Shown: piece by piece, positions 56,501 to 62,500 of the stretch
How the letters are laid out: every line of letters starts with the position of its first letter
How positions within the stretch are numbered: position 1 is the first letter of the stretch
Source of the DNA: Verrucomicrobiia bacterium
Lineage (GTDB): Bacteria; Omnitrophota; Omnitrophia; Omnitrophales; Aquincolibacteriaceae
Assembly (NCBI GenBank): GCA_035495615.1
Contig: DATJFP010000092.1
Location: forward strand, 6,914 to 70,913
Direction of reading: 5' to 3'
DNA length: 64,000 nucleotides
Program-made: the position numbers and the translations under genes
The notes under the pieces: model-generated
What the model was told of the DNA's origin: nothing
The model's database searches: none
What the model saw: only the letters and a program-made list of their open reading frames with translations

Positions 56501-59500
56501 CAGGTCCTGCGCCGTGGCGTTGGCCAGCGTGATTTCCGTGCCGTCGCGCGCCTTCAGGTTTTCGAGCGCCGCCATCAGGCCGTGCGCGATCATCATGCGC
56601 TGCGCCCGGACCCGCGCGGAAACGCCGGCCGGCACCAGGATGTTGAAGAGCGGATGGCCGCGGAAGCTGTTGAAACCGAACGGCATGAATCCGAACATTC
56701 CGAGCGCGGCCGTCTGGTACGGCACGTCGCCCTGCACGTAATTGCCGAGGAATGCGAAGGCGTCGTTGAACGGTACGCCGTGGAAGGTGCCGAGCGCGGC
56801 CAGGGCCGCGACGATGCCGATGAAGCCGAGGCTGACGACAGCCGCGGCGCGCGCGAACTTCGCCAGCGGCGAGCGCGAGGCGCGGACCGGCGTTCCGAGA
56901 ACGTCGGCCAGGTCTTCGACCATGTCTTTATACTGCGTTTCGTTCAGTGAGCGGCCGTCCGCCGACAGGTTCAGGCGCTGTTCGACGTCGGCGACCGCAT
57001 CCAGGATCCGGTCCTTGGTCTGGCGTGTCGTTTCGAGCTGGCTGGCCAGGACTTTCAGAGTCGCCTGGTGCTGCGCGATCTGGCTGAGGAGCGACGAGCT
57101 CAGGAAGCGCGCGTTGACCGTGCCGAGAAGCGCCTGGATCTGATCGACGTACACCTGCGCGTTCGCGACGTCCATGCGGTTCAGCGCGGCGATGAGCGCC
57201 GACATCAGGAGATCGATATTGAGGACCATGAGCGAGTGCGTCTGTTCCTGCGCCCACGGATTGGCGGCATTCGTCTGAAGGGCCTGGATGCGCTGGCCGA
57301 GGTCCTGCAGGTCCTGGCGGAACTTCGCCAGCCGCGCGATGCCTTCCTGCGTATTCATCTTGTTCGCTTCGATCGCTTTTTTCAGGCCCGCGTATTCGGT
57401 CCTGTAACCGTCGAGCTTGGTGAGGACATCAAATTCTTCGGTGGCGCGCGTCTGGGCATCGGCCTGCGTGGCGTAGGTTTCAACCGTGATGCCGTTGATC
57501 GTGACCGCGTAGATCGAGCCGCCGTTGGAGAGCTGACGTTCTTCGACCACGACCGCGTCGCGGCCGAGCGTCTGTTTGGAAACTTCTTTGGAAGAGACCG
57601 TCACGGGGGCGGCCGGCGCCGAGGTGCCTGACAGCGCGGGCGCGGCCTGGGCTTCGAGCTGGGCCTGGCGCGCGGCGGCGAGATCGGTCTGGGCCTGGTG
57701 CAGTTCCTGTTGCGCATCCGCATAGGCTTTTTCCGCGGCGATGACTTCAGGCGATTTCACTTTCGCTTCGGCCTGCGCTTCCGTGCGCGCCTGGACCTGC
57801 GCCACGGCATTTTCCGCGACGCTCGGGGCTTTGGCGCCCTGCTCCACGGCCATGACCAGGCGGAGCGAGCGGCCCACGAGATACGCCGCGAAGATCTGGA
57901 TGCCGAGAACAGCCGGCAATCCGATCGGCGCCAGCACGGTGAGGCCGAGAACCGGCGCGGCCACCATGAGGACGGCGGAGGTGAATCCGCCGAGGACGCC
58001 TGCGGCCCACGGGCCGATGACGGCCGACACCATCCGGCCGATGAACGACGTAGGCTCGGCGCTCATCTTGCCGAAGAGCAGCGTGCCGATGCGTTCCATC
58101 CAGGCGCCGAAGACTTGGCCCGTGGTCGGGGCCGAAGACGCGGCGACGCGTTCCGCTTCGCGGATCGTCTGGGGCGCGGCGGCTTCTTCGGCCTGCGGTC
58201 CGGCGCGCGTCTGCGCGTTCGCACGGATCGCGGCGATGACTTTCACGGCCCAGATGAAGAGCGAGACGCCGCCCAGGATCGCGGCCTGGATCGCGGGCGC
58301 GAACGGGAGAATCGCCGCAACCACGCCGAAGCCGGTGGCGGCCAGAGCAATCGCGGTGCCCCAGATGATCGTATTCGTCCAGAGGTTGAAGCGCTTGGTC
58401 TGCGCGTTATTCTTGTTTTCCAGGTCGATGTTGGCGCCGAAGCGGTTGAGAAGCGCCGCGAGCGGAGCCTTCACCCAGGAAACCGAGGTCTTGAGAATGA
58501 AGGCCGAAAGGACCGTGATGACGCCCGGGATGCCGAAGACCGCCAGGAGGCCGCTCACGAACAGGTAACCCAGGCCGCCGACCAGGCCGACCGTGAGCAG
58601 CTGCGCCGTGATGTCCTTGAGAACGCCGAAGAAGCCTTTTTCTTCGGCTGCCTGTTTATTGAGGCCGAGGGTGGACTCGGAGAAGATCAGCGCGAACAGG
58701 CCCGGCAGCACGAGATTGATAAGGGCTCCGATCACCGGCGCCTTCTCGACCACCTTGAAGACGAACCATTCCTGGACCGCGTGCATGCGCTTGGCAAAGC
58801 GGCCGAAGGAGGTCGCCTCGCCTTTCTGCGCGAGGATCTGTTCCTGGATCACTTCGGCCACGGCCTCGAGGACTTCCAGGATGTTGAAGCCGTCGGCGTT
58901 CATCACCTGCTCGGCCACCTTCTGGAGCAGCTCGAGCAGCTTGGTCCGGTCGGCGCCGATCTGCGCGGCCAGGAAGTCGATCACCGCGCGGACGACGGCC
59001 AGCACGCGCAGCTTCGTCTGCTTGGCCTGGATGTCCATGGCCTTCTGGTAGTCCGCGCTCGAAATGCCGAGCAGGCCGTGCGTGTATTTCAGGATGAAGG
59101 ACGCGATGCGGCCCACGATCGAGGACAGGAACTGCACCAGAATCGAGCGCGAGTTCGTGGCCGGCGTCATGAGGTAATTCAGGAGGCGCAGGATCGCGTT
59201 CTGCAGCCAGCCGAGCAGGCCGTTTTCGGACTTGAGCAGCTCGCTCTTTTCCTGCGCCATGTCTTCGGTCGCCTGGTTGACCGCGTCCATGACGTCCTGC
59301 GCCGAAGCGTTCTGGTCGATCGTGATGCCGAGTTCCTGGGCCACGGCACGGGTCGCGCCGTCCGCGACTTCCTGCGCCGTGACGTCCGGCTGGCTGGCGA
59401 TGAGTTCCGAAATCGTCTGGAGGATCTTGCCCGCCGCCTTCTTCTCGTCTTTCAGGTTTTCAGAATCCTGGAGCGCCACGTTCTTGAACGCTTCCGTGAC

Positions 59501-62500
59501 CTTGTCGGTGCGCTGCTCGCTCGCAGCCTGTTCCGCCGCCGTCTTCGGCAGCTCGGTCCGGGCCGGCGCGTTCAGCTTGCCGCCGTTCAGCACGGTCTCG
59601 ATGGCGTCTTCCACGCGGCCCAGCGAATTTTCCAGCGCGCGGACTTCCGGCGTGGTCTCGGCGTACTGGGCGATCATGCCTTTCAGGCCGGCTTCATCCA
59701 CGTGTCCGGCGTCGATGAGGTCGGTCAGCCGCGCCGCTTCCTGCACCGAGATCTGGCCGCCGCTGCGGGCTTCTTTGACAAGGTCTCTGAGGAACGCGAT
59801 GCTGCGCAGCGATTCCTTTTGCTTCTCGCTCATCGGGGCCTGCTCGACGGCCTTGGCGCGGGCTTCCTCGATCTTCTTCTGGGCTTCTTCAAAGGACTTC
59901 ATCGCGCCCTGAGCCGTGGCATTGGCGGCCGCGAGCCTCTTCTCGGCTTCGGCCAGCCGCAGCTGCGCCTGAGTCTGGGCTTCGGCCAGGCGCGCCTTTT
60001 CCTTCTCGCCGTAACCGGCTTCGGCCTTGTCCGCATCGGAAATCGGAGCGGCGGCTTCTTCCAGCGCTTTTTCCGCGGCATAGCGGCTCTCGAGCGCGGC
60101 CTGGAGGTCGGCCTCGGCCTTTTGCACCTGGATCAGCGCGGCGGCCTTGGCATCCGCGTCGCCGATCGCGAGTTTTTCCTGGGCCTGACGCAGGGCCTCG
60201 CGCGCCGTTTCTTCCGCGGTCTTCGCTTCCTGCACGCGGTTGACCAGGCCTGCGCGGGCTTCGACTTTTTCCGCTTCCTTGGCCTTGGCTTCCGCGTCGG
60301 CCTTGGCTTTTTCGGCCTGGGCCCGCAGCGTGTAGGCTTCCTGCGCGGCCGCGAGCATCTGATAGTACGGCGTATTCTGGACTTCGAAATCAAGGCCCGC
60401 GAGCTCGAGCTTCGACAGCGCCTTCAGGAGCGCCACGCGGCGTCCTTCGGTCATCTGGCCGAAGCGGACCAGGTCGCCCAGCATCGCCGCCGCCTCGTCT
60501 TCGGTGTTCAGGTTGTGATGGGACAATTCGTGGCTGAGCGCGAAATCGAGGATCGCCATGATTTCGCGCGCGCTGAGCTTGGTCGTGCGCAGCAGGTCCG
60601 CATTGAAAGAGAACGTCGCCGTCGTGTTGTCGGCGCTCAGCGCGACGCCCGCGACCTGCGTGGTTTCTTTGAGGAGCCGGATCTGGACCTTCTGGAGGTC
60701 CGGCTGCATGCGCTGGGCCGCGAGAAGTTCCGTGGCGATCAGCCGCACGAGGCGTTCCTGCAGGACGCGGTAAGTGTCGTTGTCGATGCCCGCAAACAGC
60801 ACGCCGAAGACTCCGGCCAGTTCGGCGCGGAGGATTTCCCAGAGTTCCGCCTGGCTCTTCGCGGCTGAGGCAAGCTGCACGTCGATCGAGATCAGGCCGT
60901 TTTCGATCGTCACCAGCTGCGCGTTCTCGACCGAGGTCATGGAGTCGCCCAGCAGGTTCTGGCCTTCGAAGGTGCGCGCGCCCTTCGCGGCAGCCTTCAT
61001 GCTGATCGGGAACGCGGCCATGCCGTGATGACCGCCGGTTCCGTCCACGGCCTGGCGGAAGAAGTCCGCGATCTTGGCGATAACGGCTTTCTGACCGTCA
61101 TCCATTTCCCCGGTGAAGAAGATATCCTTCAAGCTGTCTTCCACGGCTTTCTGCGCGGCCGCCTGCTCTTCCTGCCTCAGTTTCTGCTGCTCGGCGGCGC
61201 TTTTCTTCATGTCATCGATCATCTGACGGATGCCGACCACGTTCTGCGTGAACGGAGCCGTGTCGGAGATCATGTCCCCGATCATGCCCTGGGCTTCCGC
61301 GCGGGCCTCAGCCTCGAGTTCGTCCGTGATTTCCGCGGCTTCGCTCATCTGCTGCAGGAGCACCTGGGCGAGTTCGGCTTCGAGCGCGGCGATGGTTTCA
61401 GCGCGCTGCTGCTGATGCGCTTTCGCCTGCTCGGCCGTGATCGTCACCGTGACGCGGCCGGACTTGATCTCGACCTGGCCGTTACGGATCGCTTCCTGCA
61501 GGGTCTCGTTCGACGCTTCCGTCAGGAGGCGCGCGGCCAGTTCTTTCTTGAAGGTTTCGATGCGGGCCGCGGTTTCCGCCTGGCGGGCCCGGGCTTCGAG
61601 GATCCGGTTCTCGGCTTCCAGGACCGCGCCGCGGTATTCCGCCTTGTGCGCTTCGTCCATGGCCGCGTAGCGCTGGAGATTGGCTGCGACGGCACGGACC
61701 GCGTCTTCCACGTTCGCGCCGGCGGCCGCGCGGTCGAGCGAAAGGATGAAGATGTCGATTTCAGCCTGCGTCATTTCCGAGAGATCCTGCAGCAGCTCGA
61801 CGCGTTCGTTGACGTCCATGCCGTGGGCTTCGGCCAGCGCGTCCACGAACCGCTGCGCCGCGGCCTTGCGGGACTCGCTCGCTTTGGCCACGACCGCCTG
61901 TCCGGCGCTCGCGACGCGTTCCTTGTTTTCCTGGGCCAGCGCCGCGGCTTTGAGTCGCGCTTCGTGCTCGGCCTTGACCTGCGCCAGCCGCTGGGCGCGC
62001 TGGTCGACGGCGGCCTGATGCGCCTGCTGGGCCTGGGCCGCGCGCGTGGCGTAAGCCGCGCTGCGCGCCGTGAGGTCCGCGACCGTGGCTTCGAGCGTCT
62101 GGATCTGCAGCGTGAACTGCGCGGCTTCGGAATTGCGGTCGGCCTGCAGCTTGCGGACCTTGTTTTCAAGATCCTCCTGTTCCTTGCTGAGCGACTGCAG
62201 GGCTTCTCCGCTCATGAAGCGCTGCATGCGTTCGAGCTTGTCGGCTTCCGTCATATTGATAAGGGCCTGAAGCTCCGCTTGCGCGGCCGCGATCTGCTTG
62301 TCCAGGTTCTCGAGCCGGGTCTGCTGAGCGGCACGCGCCTGGACAAGCTCATTCTGGGCGCTGGTCAGCGCGTTGGCAAACGTCAGGTTTTCACGCTGCG
62401 CGCGGAGCGCCGTGAGATCGCTCTGTATCTGGCGGATCTCGTCACGGTTTTCGAGGGCCGCCGCATAATCGGCCTGCAGGGTCGCAAGCTGCGATTCCAG

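Noticed and set aside
45413-60868. Long plus-strand ORFs inside the giant gene (45413-48469 of 1018 aa, 49325-54652 of 1775 aa, 55517-56950, 57698-60868 of 1056 aa)
   Set aside because: Their translations are Arg/Gly/Asp/Val/His-rich low-information sequence typical of the antisense strand of GC-rich genes. The minus-strand frame is uninterrupted for 19.4 kb and protein-like.
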